Of a stretch of 64,000 bases of DNA, positions 37,406 through 52,609 are shown piece by piece (the first letter of the stretch is position 1; each line of letters opens with the position of its first letter). A program made the position numbers and the translations under genes. This stretch comes from Tubiluchus corallicola (taxonomy: Eukaryota; Animalia; Priapulida): positions 372,001-436,000 of the forward strand of contig JAQGDQ010000074.1 of the NCBI GenBank assembly GCA_030141605.1, written 5' to 3'. The notes beneath the pieces were generated by a model. It was given only the letters and a program-made list of their open reading frames with translations. It was not told the origin of the DNA and made no database searches.

Positions 37406-40118
37406 TTGCAATTTAAGATTGGGTCCGGTTTTGCTTATATACGTACTCTAAATCCAATTACTCCATAAATTATTAAATTATGAAATTTGTTAACATTCAT
37501 TTTAATGACACGTCAACTGATGCTTGAACAAAATAATCATTCTTATAGTGTGTAACTTTAATAAATACTTAATATTCTCAAAGCTAATTTATGATGAGAA
37601 TAAGAACACAAAGCAGCGAGCGGCAAGTTTACAAATTAGCAGCATTTAACTGTTGAATTAATGTCTGGTGTTACCGTTAATTGCCTTTGCCACAAACGGA
37701 TTAGCTTTCCGCGCTGGTTTTTCACATTCCCCAAATGTATAACGTTATTGCGTCAGCTGAATAGCTGCATGACTCCACTCTTCAGTTTAATCGCCTATCT
37801 GAACATCAATTATTCATCACCATAAAGACATAAGGAACTTGTTTGTGGTTAAAATTTAATGCCCTTAGTTTTACATTCATTTGGTTGATGGCTAGGTAAT
37901 AGCTCATATGTAATATTGCGGGAGCCGAGGAGGAGATAAAAGGAGGTTCGTCGGGTGCATTCGTGTTAAACGCAGGCCCTTCTGAGCATCATCAGCGATT
38001 ATTAACACGGAAGCTGCAAACCAAGAGTGTCTAATGTAAGTTTAATTACAGACGTTCGCATTTCCCGTGCTTGGTTAATCTCAGTTTCATGCCCAAGGGT
38101 GTACATTTCATCTTAAAAGTGAAACGCTAACGCGACAAACAGTGCGAAACAGCATACTAACAATAAAACTTAGAAGACGACGGCTATGAAACAAGAGGAA
38201 AGTAATTCAAAAACAAGGCAGATGTATAAAGAATTAAAGACAAAAGATGGGCAGTTTGAAATGTTGTCTTAGCAAGGTTTTGTTGGCTTCAGCGCATTAG
38301 CTTAAAGAATATCCGTTTCTTGCAGTTACATCACCATGAAGCATATTATTTAGTTAAGCTTGAACTCTAGTCATGCTATTTACAAGACATTAATTGCTGC
38401 ATTGATGCGGAAATAATTTCTGGTTGTGAATTAATTGAATTATTTCGTCGTAAGCCTGATTAATGATGCGAGATCCCAGGGCGGTGGACCTTTTTGCAGT
38501 ATTTTAGAAATGTTCAATTAGTTCAAATGTTCAGTTTAGAAATTCACCTACTACACCTAGCAAAAACGCAGTGTTCATGCTGATAATCGAGGTGTGATAA
38601 TAAGAAAATAGGTTCTGTTTTTTATGTGAATGGAAATATTATGCGTTTGGCTAAGAAACAATAGTCGCTAAAGAAAACTTGTCTATAGAATATGTTAGTA
38701 AAGCTCTGTTCACATATCTTATCTCAGTTCCCAATGCCATTTAAGTGTATTATTTCTAACTTGCTCTTATATAGCGAGAAAATCTATATCATACATCTCA
38801 GGCGATTTGGACACGCTATTGTTTTCGCAGGAACAAAATGTAGCCCGTTAAGAAAGAAGCAAATATATTACAACAATTATAATAAAGATATCGTGTCAAA
38901 TTCATAAAAGGTAGTGTTAGTTAAATTGAAATAGCGTTATATGAGGTACAGTGATTATTCTAGGAATTTTGGGGGAACTTTGAGACTCACAAGGCTCAAG
39001 TTTGGAATGCAAGGCAGCTCGTAACTGATCTAGAATCATAAGGTTGTATTATCTCAAATTTAACTGTGCTTTAACGCTATAATACTTCAATAAATGCGAT
39101 ATGTAAATGCTGTATGTTGTTGTGATCTGTGCGTAAAAGGAAAATAATTAAGTTTATTATAATGCTAAAAACTTTACGGCGCAAGACAGCGGAAAAATAA
39201 ACGAAAAAAGCAGACATTGTAGGTTAAATAAATATGATTGAATCCTCTGTTTTGACAGCGGTGCATTTTACACTAGGAAATGGCATCACGCGTTTTTGTG
39301 AAGTTGGTACGGTCTTATATTTCTTCGTGGGTAGATGCAGTGTGTTAACACTTTCGAGATCTCATCATTGAATTTACGCATTTTGCAAAGTGTTTTATGT
39401 TGCACTGGAAAGATGCCCGTTTTCCTCTAACAACATCTTGAAATTGTATTGTGTAACGTTTTCCTTGCTGTAGGCTTCTGGGTAAAGTTATTTCTATTTT
39501 CCACAAATCTGTACTGATAAGTATTAAACTTGTAGTTATATAAGTTTTGCCAAAATCAAAATAAGGCATACAGAATAAAAAAGGAAACACATTTGCTAAC
39601 ACAAATCCAACAGACCGCTATAACAAGGTTATCCTCTTGATCCCTGGTTACTTCGAAGGTTGCCCCTGAAGTGCAAATAAAACCCTAGTATAAAGGTGTA
39701 CAACAAAAGATATTTTAATAAACGCGCTATTTTTCATTTTCGTGTGTATGTCAACGAAATTATTCTCAAGCGATTTATCCATGTAGTAACACTAGTGAAA
39801 CACTATCTTTTTACTGCTGAACAATAAACTATAGTTTACGTGGCATGCAGCTTTTATAACTTTATGTTCTTGTATGAGATGCTACTTAAATTGCGGTGCT
39901 TGAAAGAGAACCAAACGCATCTGAGCCGAGTAACCGTCCCTATAGGTCCTCACCAATTGCTACATTCCAATCTCCAGGTGCTGCTCATTAGCGCTGTTCC
40001 CCATTCAATGTATAAATAGTAAAAAGTCGTCTCATGTTGGCTGCTTACTGCCCTGCGAGATTCTATGGGCATACGCACCCACATCGCGAAGTCGTGGGTG
40101 TTTCGAAAAATTTAGTCG

Positions 40119-40120
<2 letters not shown>

Positions 40121-40180
<60 letters not shown>
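40121..40180. repeat. (TC)n microsatellite
   Basis: Direct reading. Confidence 0.95.
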
Positions 40181-40182
<2 letters not shown>

Positions 40183-42082
40183 CCCTCTTTCTCCCTTTCT
40201 CTCTTTATATTTATATGAAGTTTAAATATATAGCTCAACATAGAAACTTTATTTATTTCATGTTGACGCCTAACTTGAACAGCTGGTGCAGCGTCTCTCT
40301 TCTAATGCAAGTGCAGGTGCATTTGTATTGTGTAAGTTATAACACTCAATGTCGTACTGAAACAATTTTTCACAATAATGAATTTTTCGAAGATAAAACC
40401 TTATAGGTGCTGATAAATTAACTCATTTTTTAACGTTTTGTAACATTAATAAAATTTTGAATAATAAAGATACGGCATACATTATTTCCAGTATGGCGTT
40501 AGAGGAACGTAAGCTTGTTTGTGTACATGAAGCTGCAGGTGTAAAATTTGTCTGTTGCTCCATGGTGTATACTATTATTAAATATTAGCAAATATAAAAA
40601 TAATATTCGTACATAATATCGCCAGATAGAACAAATATGCTATGTCAACAATGTCTTCTTTAATTCTGATACATTTATACGTAAGTAACTATTAATCACG
40701 TTACGTGTGTAGAAATCACCGTTTAAATCTCATTTTCCCACTCGCATTTTTGAGGGGCTTTATTTATAGGATATTTTCAAACGTTAAAAACATCACATTT
40801 GAAAACTGTATCAGTGGTTAATTTATCCCACAATTTAATAGGTTTTTGATAAAAAAATCAATCAAATGAAGAAGAGAAGAGACAAGGAGAAAAGCGAACT
40901 GTACTGTTTCAGTCCCCCATATATGTATATACTGAGAGTTATATTCAAGTGAAAGGTAAAGAAACAAAACCGTACTAAGTACTATTTTGTAGACTTCAGC
41001 AATACCCCTTTTTATGCAAGTGATATTCTTAAAAAATAAAAACATTAAAATGCTACCTGCTTTGTTTTTTCGTCTAGCCTATAGAAAGGCAGCGATGCTC
41101 AATCGCTAATCACATTATCGATTTTCGCTTATTTTTACTTTAACTGTAAATATAACCATCACTTTTCCTTAAGATCCTTAATATCTCGCTCTTGTGGGTA
41201 CCAAGGATAAAACCCAAGATTTGCTTTGGTTGAAAAACAAACGTCTTTTAAACAACATAAACTGTATGGCTGTAAATTTTTGAAATTCCTCCGAATTCCA
41301 GCCTCTATTCGAAGACTTGAAAGTCCATTGTGTAGAAGTGTTAAACTAACTGCCTGTTAAAACAAAAATTTTGACCTTACACTTGACAAGCAGGCAGTAG
41401 TTAGGACCGCCAGTGTTTGTTAACGCTGGTCTGTTTGCAAACCAACTTCAGTAGAGAAGCCTGCGTGTAAGTACTTAATGGGTAGCAGACAAGGCGCAAA
41501 CCTATTGACAGCTAATCTATTCGGCTTGGTATCACATTGCTGAAAAGACATAGATAGGAGTGACCTTAATCCCAGTAATGAACTGATTTAACTTAAGGTT
41601 TAATTAGTAATTTATAAAATTGGTCAGTAAAACTGTTCTTGATTGATTGTTCCTATTTGACGCAAACATAAAAATGAAAAGTCAAAAGTCAAAGGTCAAG
41701 GTCGAATTCTTCGTATTTCAAAAGCTTCCGCAACGTAGTTCAGAATCTGTTGACCTAATTGCCACCCAACGTGATGAAATGTTTTACCTTTTGGTTATCT
41801 CTAGTTGAACTTAAGATCAGGTCAAGTACTCTTCTTGCAAGAGCATCCACCATTTAACCTGACATCTCTGGAAACTAACTTTACTCAATTTGATGAATTT
41901 CTTCACGTTTTTAAGGCGAGCACTTCATGTAAACACGAAAATAAAAGCAAGGTTAAAAACTCTTTTGTAAACATGGCACTAATGTCACCATACACAGTAA
42001 AATTATTCCTATAATAATCGAGACCAACTCGAAGAACTGAGTTACGTAAGGTGTTATTATCCTTGGACTGTGTCTTAAACGA

Positions 42083-42083
42083 A

Positions 42084-42118
<35 letters not shown>
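42083..42118. repeat. (ATT)n microsatellite
   Basis: Direct reading. Confidence 0.9.
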
Positions 42119-42120
<2 letters not shown>

Positions 42121-42171
42121 TCACTTTAAGTTATTCAAGTTATTCACTTATCCGAAGGACTGATGGTCTAC

Positions 42172-42506
42172 TTGTTACCTCCGCCCGCCAAGGAGGAAGC
42201 GTTTGTTTGCTAACAAAAATTCGCAAATAAACTCCAGTGTCCACGAAAATTTCTTGACGGTCAAAAACATGGGACAATGAAGATCTTTCAGTCTTTGCAA
42301 TGATCGATTACGAATTGTGATATGAATCTACTTTTTATGGGAAAAATCTATGTGACGTCACATAATAATAGAAATAATGTTGCAGAAAATTTGCAAAAGG
42401 CAAAGGTGACGTCTGAACAATTGATGACATCGAACCTAAGCGGGGACTGTAGTAGTAGTTTTACTCCGTAAGTCTTGGCGACGCTCTACTGAGCGCCATT
42501 GTAGAT
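42172..42506 (+). mobile_element. Helentron-associated non-autonomous element (HINE/DINE-like)
   Basis: 5' TTGTTACCTCCGCC..CGCCAAGGAGG with a GTTT repeat; 3' sub-TIR CTTGGCG followed by the hairpin CGCTC-TACT-GAGCG. Confidence 0.6.
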
Positions 42507-44254
42507 GCCTTTCCTGCTGTTGTGTGTTTGAATCTGTTGTTGTGCCATCAATGCTGAATAGTTTTTGAAATATTAAACAAGTTGCAAGAACTTTGAATAG
42601 TTAATGTAGCAATTAATTTACTGCACGTGTTTCTCGGATTGTGCACTTTTAAATAAATGAATAATTATTATTGCGCGCAATTATGTAATTACAATCAGCA
42701 ACAGCTCAGACAAAACCATTATTCGTGTATTATGCATTAAAGTGTCATAATATTACATGTTTCAGCATAACAGCATAACTAATGGTAGTATAATAAAGAA
42801 CATTGACTCAACAATAAAAGATACTGTATCTACAGGATGGTGAATGTATTATTAAGCAGTAATAAATTAACTTCCAAACAGCGAGTATTAAAAGCTTAAT
42901 TTGCTGAGTTATGTTGAGTTATATTGGCCGTGTCGCAGCGTTGTTTAGAATACACGGTCGTCAAGTAAAAAAGACAGCCAGAGTTTATTTGATATCATGT
43001 TCATTCAAAAGGCTTTTGCGGTAGCTACCCGGAAACCTTTACTTAGATCCGAGAAAAACACATATCAAAATACAGAGTGCCGAAAGGAGGTCATTACAGG
43101 TTATGCAACTAGGAACTAAGACATGTCATATACTTTAGCCTGCAAATGAGGTTCATGGCATGCAAATGAATGAAATTGTTGCACTTTATTTTTCTTATCA
43201 CATCCTCAATTGGTCAATGTCGATGTCGACAACGAAAATGTCGAACCTAAAACTTAGATATAACGTTGAGTAATCTAGCTATATGTGCTAAATCAGCAGC
43301 TAATAGATGATTTTAAACAAAATTTCACAGCTTGAAAATAATACAACAAAATTACAAAACTGGTGAAAATTTTTAACGTTTCAGAAGTTTCTGATAAAAA
43401 GATAACCTGTTCTATTCATTCTTTTTCTCTGTTGTGGTGAAGACTGTCCCTCTGCAAAAGTCCGTATTAAGTGTAACCTTTATGCGTATTCATTTATAGC
43501 AAAAATTTTAATAATATAATTACGTTCTTGTAGTAATATACTATACCTATTACATTGCTGTAAATATGTCTATAGTTTTTGATTTGCATCGATATTGTTT
43601 GGTGGTCTGATACTATTTTTCTGGCATGTATGTTTAATGTTTATATGGACTTACGTGGAATGATTTATTCTGAAGAAAATTTCAGTTCACTTTATTTCAG
43701 TTTAAAATACATAATACATGAAGTCAAGTTTTGAAAGACGCTGCCAGAAGTGCTAGCTTGGAATTCCCGAAAACAAAATCTTTTGGGACATGTCTCACAA
43801 ATCCGGTATGAATTTATTGCTGTCTAAATCAGCAACCGAAACATAAAATAACATCACTTAGTGACTGTGATAAAAAGAGCAGATTTTACACGTGTGTTAT
43901 TAATGTAGCACCCGCGTCACGTGACTGGAACATAAACAATGGCTGCTCTAAAGATGTTGATTTGACCATGACGCAATGATCGCAACTAATCTAGGAACCT
44001 CGCTGCGAGATGAGCATCGGTTTTGAAATCAATCTTGATCAACGGGGTGTTATCAAATGTTTTTGATTACGTATTTTCACTGAAAATACCTTAGCGCCAT
44101 GTTTTGGTGTGAATGAAAAAAGTGTTGAAACCATTTGGAACTTCAGTCGGAAGACGTTTTTGCAGGGATCGCGCAACATTTCTCTGATTTTAATACAGCA
44201 GATCGCTTTAGGGGCGATGGGTGTTCACTTTGGCCGTTATGAGAAGAAGTACGA

Positions 44255-44295
44255 GAGACAAAAAGAAAGAAAAAGAGAGAAAGAGAGAGAGAGAG

Positions 44296-44334
<39 letters not shown>

Positions 44335-44340
44335 AGAGAG
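44255..44340. repeat. (AG)n-rich tract
   Basis: Direct reading. Confidence 0.92.
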
Positions 44341-46270
44341 GTACTAAACACTGTCTTAAAAAATTTACTAGTCCTGTGGCATTTTGCCTTCCTCGTCCTT
44401 TCGTCGATTCTCTAGTATGCGCATATCTAGTTAATATTTGTTTTTTACTATTACATGACTATTAAATACCGGCACTTGATAAATATCAACAAACATAATA
44501 GATATATTGGTTTTGTGGTTTGATCATTCTAATTCTATTGATTTTACTTTCGTTGTTTACATACAACATAGAAGATCACCGATTACTTTTTTGGTCTTTG
44601 ATAATTCTTCAACTTAATTGTAACGTTATCTTCAGTATTTTATCCTTATGAATTACAAAAGATCAAGTTGTCAGAAAAGTCATTGTCCGCCATAATTATC
44701 AGCAGCTCCTTCGATTGTAATTTTTAATGTAATGTATGTCAGGTTCACACAAAGTGCAACTAATTACATTGCGGAAATCTTATTTATTTTTTATAAATTC
44801 ATTTTCTTGTTAATACGGAAAAATTTTGCCTGGCCTTTTTAACGATCGTGGTGAATCTGAGTGATATAAACCGAAGATTTGAACGCCTCGCGTGAATCAG
44901 TGTTTTCACAATGTGTTTTTAGCATTAGAGTTAAGAAAGCAAGGCGATTAGAATTCAGTCATTACTTCTCAATCCTGTCTATGGACTGTTATCCGCTACT
45001 CACTTCAAAGAGTTATCATTTCTCTTGTGGGCTTAGCATTCATTCAAATGCGGATTACGACACAACTATCCAATCCCATTTTGCCGCCCGAATTGAAGGC
45101 TTTGACATCATCGGCACTGGTCGATTTCCAAGGCTGGTGCACAGTTCAACAGGCTGAAAACTGTTCTCTAAATTAAACACATTATTTATTAGCGAAGTTA
45201 TTGCGTCATGTTAAATTTCTAAATTATATACTCCTATTCCTTTACATAATAATTCTATTATATAAAATTAAAGTATATCAAGTAAAACTGCCATCTATGC
45301 TGGTCAATAGATGCACCAGTCAAAGTAAAGACAATTATAGAGACGAATAACAAGAATGCATTCTGGCAGAAACCTTCACCGGAAGTGTAAACACACTTTC
45401 ACCAAAGACAAGGGCCGTAGCAAACTCGGCCACAAAACTAGTAAACAATAGAACAGAATACAGATTCTTTACTAATACTATAACAAATTTCAAAAAATCA
45501 GCCTTTAGTAGCCTTTCAGTACTATAGGAATTGGTTATAGTCCGATTCCCAGTAGAGAAATTATAATAGGCGAATTACATTTTGCAGACATCTTATGCTA
45601 AAGTTCGATCAGTTATTATCAAGCATGCACGAAATACTTTCTAAATTGTACGCGTACCAAGCTTTTCTGCTTATCTATTCATTTTTACACAGCAAATATT
45701 TGTTAAGTTAAACATGTTATATTATACATAATTCAATTTGCTGTCCAGCATTATACAGCAAACAATAAATGGTAAAATTTTGGTACAGTAAACAAGGTTG
45801 GACAGAATTAACTTATAAAAGTTTTATTAGCAAATAAAAGGATTTGCGTACCATTCTCTTGCAATGACATGCAATGTCACAAATTTCAAATTTGGATTTG
45901 AATGGAGTAATTTAAGTTGAATAAATTATATATTACGATATTTTCCCAGTAATATTTTTACACTAGAATAAAGAACTTGTAACAAACTACCTATACAGTA
46001 TCTAGCTATAACAAACAATAACTGCAATTTGTTTTAATTAAACACAGTTAATTCAAAATTTTAACGGTTCCTATAAATAACCATGTAATAATTTGCCACT
46101 GTGCAGGTTTTTTCGAATAAGTGTGAATCACAGCAATAATAATTTTACGTCTTTTACTTCAAATTTGCTTCAACCTGTTCGTCTTCTTTCGCATTTTCTG
46201 CTTTTTCTTCATCCTTCTTTCTTATTCTTCGGTTTTGATTGTACTTTTATTTCCTTCATACGCAGTTTTT

Positions 46271-46350
46271 TCATCATCATCGTCATCATCATCATCATCG
46301 TCATCATCATCATCATCATCGCCGTCGTCGTCATCATCATCATTATCATC
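46271..46350. repeat. (TCA)n/(TCG)n microsatellite
   Basis: Direct reading. Confidence 0.92.
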
Positions 46351-47313
46351 TTCTTTTTATATTTTATGCTTACTTCGATTCTTAGTCGCACTCCCTTTCT
46401 TTTTCTTATTCTTATCTTGCTGTTCTTCATAATCTTCTTGCACAATGCCAATCACTCATGTGTACTCAAAATTAGTTTTGTATTCGGAAACTGCCAACTT
46501 TTCCCTATATTGAATCCTATGGGATATCCTCTTCCGCATAGCACCTGATGGTTGTCACTGCTTGTGCTTGAAACTGCTGAGGAAAGAAGGATCCCGCAGC
46601 GAATGCATCACCGTTGAAACCTCCAAATGTTATTTGTGCAAACACGCAGTACGCAGTGAATATGAATCAATTTCAGCTAGTAATCATTTTTTCGTCAAGA
46701 GAAGAATAATGTTTTAACGACCACATGATTAATTGATAACTCATTTTATCGAGATTCCTCTAGAGTGCAGATGTATAGGTATATAATTAACTTCCGTGAT
46801 TAATTGTCTATTGTTAACGTCACTGAAGGTGTCCTGTATAATTTCCTAAATGTCATCAGCTTGACGTCCTACATCGTTCAATAAACTGTGTATTGACGCA
46901 ATGAACCAAGAGAATATGTGTAACCTTAAATTTGGCGCTGCCACATGTACAACGCACAATTTGGTGTTTCAAAAAAAAATCTACCCAACACCCTACGTTT
47001 ATTTAAAACCGGTCACATCACGAAGGAATCATTAAATCTTGTAAGTAGTGATTTCGAAATACCTTTTCTTCTGTAGATTGTTCTTTATTTTAACAGCTAG
47101 GCCATATTTTACAGGAAACTACACACAACATCAAATATATTTACAAAGTTAATGCAAGACTATCTGCTAGGCAGTTTGAAACTAATTATAGCAGAAATAA
47201 CAAACATATTTTATCTAGTTATCAAGTTAAGCTACTCTCAGTTCCTCACACGAAGAGATTATTAACGTTTCTGAACGAAACTTGATATACAATTCACTCT
47301 GTATTCTTTTAAA

Positions 47314-47357
47314 TCTCGCTCTCTCTCTCTTTCTCTCTCTCTCTCTCTTCTTTTAAA

Positions 47358-47415
<58 letters not shown>

Positions 47416-47460
47416 TCTCTCCTTTCTCTGTCTCTCTCTTTCTCCCGCCTCTCCGTCTCT
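47314..47460. repeat. (CT)n microsatellite
   Basis: Direct reading. Confidence 0.95.
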
Positions 47461-47984
47461 GGAAAAGAACTTCAAGGCAATTTGATACCGTGTGTATCCA
47501 CATACCACGAAGTTAGTAGAATCAGTGCTGTATGTGTTTATTCCTAAGTTTCAGCTAACAACTCCCATTACAAATCACTCTTTAAACAAACAAAGGGATG
47601 ATGGAGGATGCGTGCTAAAAGCCTCCTTGAAATGCGTATTAAGGAATGGCTACCAGGCAGAGAGCGTTATCTTTGACAAGTTAGGTAACTGCTATAATAT
47701 CGCTCCGTAGTAATTGTTTGTTGTTTACTATTATGTTACCCACCTGAGTCGTCAAGCGCTCAATGTTAGAGGCCAAAAATTATTTTACTATTTAGGCCTA
47801 TATACCGCAGAGTTACTTCCTGAGTCTCAAACATTTCATGTAACAAAGCAAATTTAAGAATTATAATGCTGTTTGTGGCATGAAAAAGTACTTATTCTAT
47901 GATTATAGTTTAAAATATAGGTGCACTTTTGTTTATGGTACACCCACACCTTCAAATTTCTTGCATAAAATTGCTAAAATATAT

Positions 47985-48500
47985 ATATTAGATAACCCCA
48001 TCACAGCAGTCGAATATACTAAGGCAATACGGAAAATGAGACCTAATAAATCTGATGGTTGTGACGGGAACACTCCTGATATTTTTAAAATTATATCTGT
48101 TGTTTGCTGTGCGGCGATTTTGGACTTATTCAATAAAATATTTTGGTATTGTAAATACCCTACTAAGTAGTTCTCTTGATTAGTAATAAGAAGTAATAGT
48201 ACGAAACGATATTTTAAGGTGTGCAGCAATTACAGAAGCATTGCCATTACGGGTCAAGCAAAGTGTATGACTCGATAATGGCAATGCGATATAAACCCCG
48301 TGCCGAACAAGCAGGGAGCACAAACCAGGAAAGTTGCTTGGAAGAGATAATAGCACTACGTCTATTAGTCGAACATGCGAAAGTTAAACTGGTATAATTT
48401 TGGATCTTATTTGTTGATTTTAAACAAACTTACGACAAGGTACACCGGAGTAAGCTGATTTAGTTATTGAGGAATGCTGGCTGTGGTCGAAGATTTTTGA
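47985..48500 (+). mobile_element. Non-LTR retrotransposon RT fragment (decayed; may extend to about 49080)
   Basis: LDNPITAVEYTKAIRKMRPNKSDGCDG, LFNKIF, NYRSIAI, EQAG, LFVDFKQTYDKVHR, with stops. Confidence 0.8.
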
Positions 48501-49476
48501 TAATGATTTGAGTCTATAATTTCTACCAGCAGACCCGTAGACAGACCACCAGGCTACCAGTGCTGCAAAATTTGAATTACTACTCATGTTTTGCAAAGTC
48601 TACGGCACGGTAGTAAGCGAAGGCAAAAACACAGTTTATAATCATTAATAGTTCCGCTGAAGATACAACATGTTTTACTTTTAGTAATACTTAATAAGCG
48701 TGCCAATAGTGACGAGCGGAAAATGCGGTCTGTTATGCGAGAGCATGTTCATGATAATACGAAACACCTGCTCAGACTTGTGTCTTTCGCAAACCATAAC
48801 TATAATATCTGTTCAGTCTGAAGAAAATTGTGGCAGAAACTTGCGATACACGTGTGCTGATTTACGCAGCAGAAACTTGGTTAATGTATGATTTCATACC
48901 TCTTGAGATGTTATACAACGTAGTTGTAAAAGCGCTGCTGGGAGTAAAATATTCTTCACCAAACGAGTTGTGTTAGAAGAGGTTAAATTTTGAAAAGTCG
49001 GAGACAATTGTTATTCAAGAAAATGCCCGCGTCAACGACGATGAGCCAACCTTGTCGATTGCCAGGAACCTGATTAATTCAACTAATTCAAGTTCCTATT
49101 GTCACAGCGCATTTATGTCTTTCTTTGATTAAATCCCAGTAATCCTATGCGAGGTGGTTAGGAGGAAGTTTAACAAAAACACGTTTTGCAACATATGTAT
49201 TTCTTAACCCAACACTTGAGCAGTACTGCATAATTAAAGACTGTTTAACAGTTGAAGATAAAGTACATGATGAGCACCACGTAGTGACAAGATGTTGAGT
49301 AACGGTATGACTGCGAACAAAATACAATATGACTTTTACAGGACAGACGATTTGTTTAATTTAGAGATGAAAACACGTGCAAAATAATTACAGATATATT
49401 AAATTTGTTCCCCTGACAACCTCGCAACAATATTATTGTTTTGTGCAAACGTAATATGATGTAAGTGGAATGGGTA

Positions 49477-49524
49477 TTTATTATTATTATTATTTTTATT
49501 TTTATTATTATTATTATTATTATT

Positions 49525-49558
<34 letters not shown>

Positions 49559-49564
49559 CTTCAT

Positions 49565-49596
<32 letters not shown>

Positions 49597-49604
49597 AATC
49601 ATTA

Positions 49605-49644
<40 letters not shown>

Positions 49645-49688
49645 TATAATCGTTATTATTATTGTTGTTGTTGTTGTCGTTGTTGTTA
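49477..49688. repeat. Compound (TTA)/(TCA)/(TTG) microsatellite
   Basis: Direct reading. Confidence 0.95.
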
Positions 49689-50130
49689 GCTTTTTAGCTT
49701 TTTGTTATTCTAATCTGTGTCTATGCAACTAAGTAAAGTTAGTTTTTTAACCGTTTACGTAATTGTATTCTTTTTAAAATGTGGTTCGCAGATTTTTTTA
49801 AGTTTAAATGTTTGTATGCCAAAAAGCATTTTTATAAGGATTTTAGGCGATAAAATTATTATTATTATCATTATCATTATCGTTATCATTATCATTATTA
49901 TTACTATATTATTTTATGCCTGTGTATTGTATTTTTTAGTGATCTATCTTGTGTATGTATGTTTTGTCTGCGTTCGTAAATATGTAAATATATGTAAATC
50001 TACGGAAAAATATGTAAGTATTTTATTAGTTTCTACCGTAATTTAATATTATAGCTGAGTGTTTTAATTTTTATACAATGCTATGTACTTTTGAATATAT
50101 GAAATAAATTTAAAATAATAATAAAATAAA

Positions 50131-50285
<155 letters not shown>

Positions 50286-52273
50286 GTATATATGTACAAT
50301 GCTAGAGTAATGTCAATAAACTACTTCTGCTATCAGTTGCAAACTAGTCCTAATAAATTTGTTGTAGAGTAGACTAAACTATTTACAATAAACTGACTCA
50401 AGCTGAAAAATAAAGTGCGTCATAATTTTTAGTTTAATAATTTATTTATTGTGCACTATAAAAAATTTGAATCGCTCTTACCAATTAATATATTGACCAG
50501 TCAAGCAGTTTTGTATTTCTTTCGCGTTCAGTGTCCCAGCGAAATAGCTTCTGCGACTTCCGGTTGTCATATAGGTACAGGCGCTAATGTCTTTTTCTGA
50601 CGTAAAATGCCATCTGGGGCTTATTTTCTCAAAGGTTGACATGGATGTCGAAGGAAAAACGTGGCGAGATCATCTTTAACTACAAAATAAACCTTGAACA
50701 AACAGCAATACTGAGCAACCTTTGAGCGTTATATTGAATGCATTGCGACCTGGTGGACAGAGCCAACTACTTATATAAATCTTAGAAGCTCATTTCACCA
50801 AAATTAAGGTCACGTATATCTATATTTCCATTATTTTTCCTACGGGAATGCACCTTGTTAGTGGTAATTCTACAGCAAGGCTAGTAAGAGCGATGGACCG
50901 AATCTATTGAAAATGAGAAGCACTGCGTTCAACTGTTATTACTGTTAGATCCTAAGGAGGGTAAACTGTTGACAGCCATCGAATTGAGTGGCCAAGTGAC
51001 ATTTACATGACTAATTATTATTGCAGTAGAGATATTAAATGCGTGGTAAGCCTACATAACCCTACATATTGCATTGGCTATTGGTGTTATCGTTATCGAT
51101 GCAACCAATCGTTATCGATGTTACAAATGTGTTCCCCTGTATTTAAAAAAACAAAGGCTGCCATTCTTCAGTTTTTTCTTACAACACAGAAACTTTTTGT
51201 ATTTTAATTTTTAACTTATTTGACAATCTCACTAAATACTTTTGTTACCACGTGTTTAATTTCGTATGTTTCGTATAAGCATTTACAACCAAACGAAAAC
51301 AACTAAGCGAAGTTTTAAAAGAGTTAAAGTTAAATTTAATATTTTCGCAAAACATACCGAAGTGATAGCAAAGCTTAATAACTAACATGTCGTCTATTTT
51401 CTGAAGCCTAATCCAATTATTAGCTCATATTTCACAGAAATTTTAACGGCCAAGTGACAAAACACCTGATAGCAATAATATAGTAGGTAAAAAGCATGCA
51501 GAAGGTGACCGTGAAAAATTACTTGAATAATTTTACAGTTACCTGAAACTTTACAAGCCTGTCACCTGCCCTGTCATTCTATTCCGTGAGTTACTTATAA
51601 AGTTCGGTGATCACATAAAGTAGAGATTACGAAAATAATTAAATGTCATAAAGACAATGATGTACAGAGCTACAACGTTCTATAAGGATGCACAGAAAAT
51701 TGGTGTGGTCGTAGAAAGTTGCTTGATATTGACGTTCCAAAACTTGTATAATATTTAAAGTTTTGTATTAATGTTCTCCTATAATTAAATCTAAAAGTGG
51801 CAATTATTTAAATAGATTTGTGTAGAATTAAATAATCAAGTAGTTGTTAACCAGTAACTAAAAGGCGTTTTAACATCAGGTGTTTTTAAAAGTTGAAGTC
51901 ACGAACTTAGACAGTCACTTTCTATAATTGAGTGTTTCGAAATTTTTTGTACATTAATTATTCTAATTAAGTCCAATGCAGCAACAAACCATAATTTTGG
52001 AAAGATTCATGATAAATCCATAATTCAATTTGTTTGTCGTGACCATCGTAATTTTATATTTAACACATTCATATTATAAGTTATATATTTAACTAGTCAT
52101 ATATGCTTTACAATATCTTTTGACAATATCTTTATATTAAAGCATTTCTGGGCGTTCTATGTTTAAGGTGTGATCTTATACACAAATTAAAGTCAAACGC
52201 ATGACCAAAGCATATACTGTGTAATTAACAATGTGCAAACTAAGTTCATGCTTGCTAACTTTTGATTGTGTTT

Positions 52274-52609
52274 CACTTCGCCACTTCACGGTTCGCCTCT
52301 ACCACGTTCGCCACTACTATGATTTGCCACTACTACGTAGCGAAATGTAGTAGTAGCGAATCGCAGTGCGGACGAACTGAAACACTTGTTAAAGTGATAA
52401 AACATTAACAATGTAGAGAAATTTTGTTGGCGAACTATACACTAATGGCGAAACGTAGTTGTGGCAAATCGTAGTAGTAGCGAATCGTAGTAGTGGCGAA
52501 ACGTAGTAGTGGCGAATCGTAATAGTGGCGAATCGTAACAGTGGCGAATCGTTGTAGTGGCGAATCGTAGTAATGTCGAACCATGAAGTGGCGAAATGGA
52601 TGGATACCC
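52274..52609. mobile_element. Foldback-type MITE built of inverted arrays of a 16-bp unit (GTAGTAGTGGCGAATC)
   Basis: Left CACTTCGCCACTTCACGGTTCG mirrors right CGAACCATGAAGTGGCGAAATG; about 9 tandem 16-mers at 52445-52595. Confidence 0.7.

Noticed and set aside
46180-46460. Asp-rich (poly-D) minus-strand reading as a biomineralisation protein exon
   Set aside because: In-frame TAA just before the Asp run and no convincing splice sites; explained by the (TCA)n microsatellite.
52445-52595. Regular short repeats resembling a CRISPR array
   Set aside because: The 16-mers are contiguous with no unique spacers, there are no cas genes, and the context is eukaryotic.
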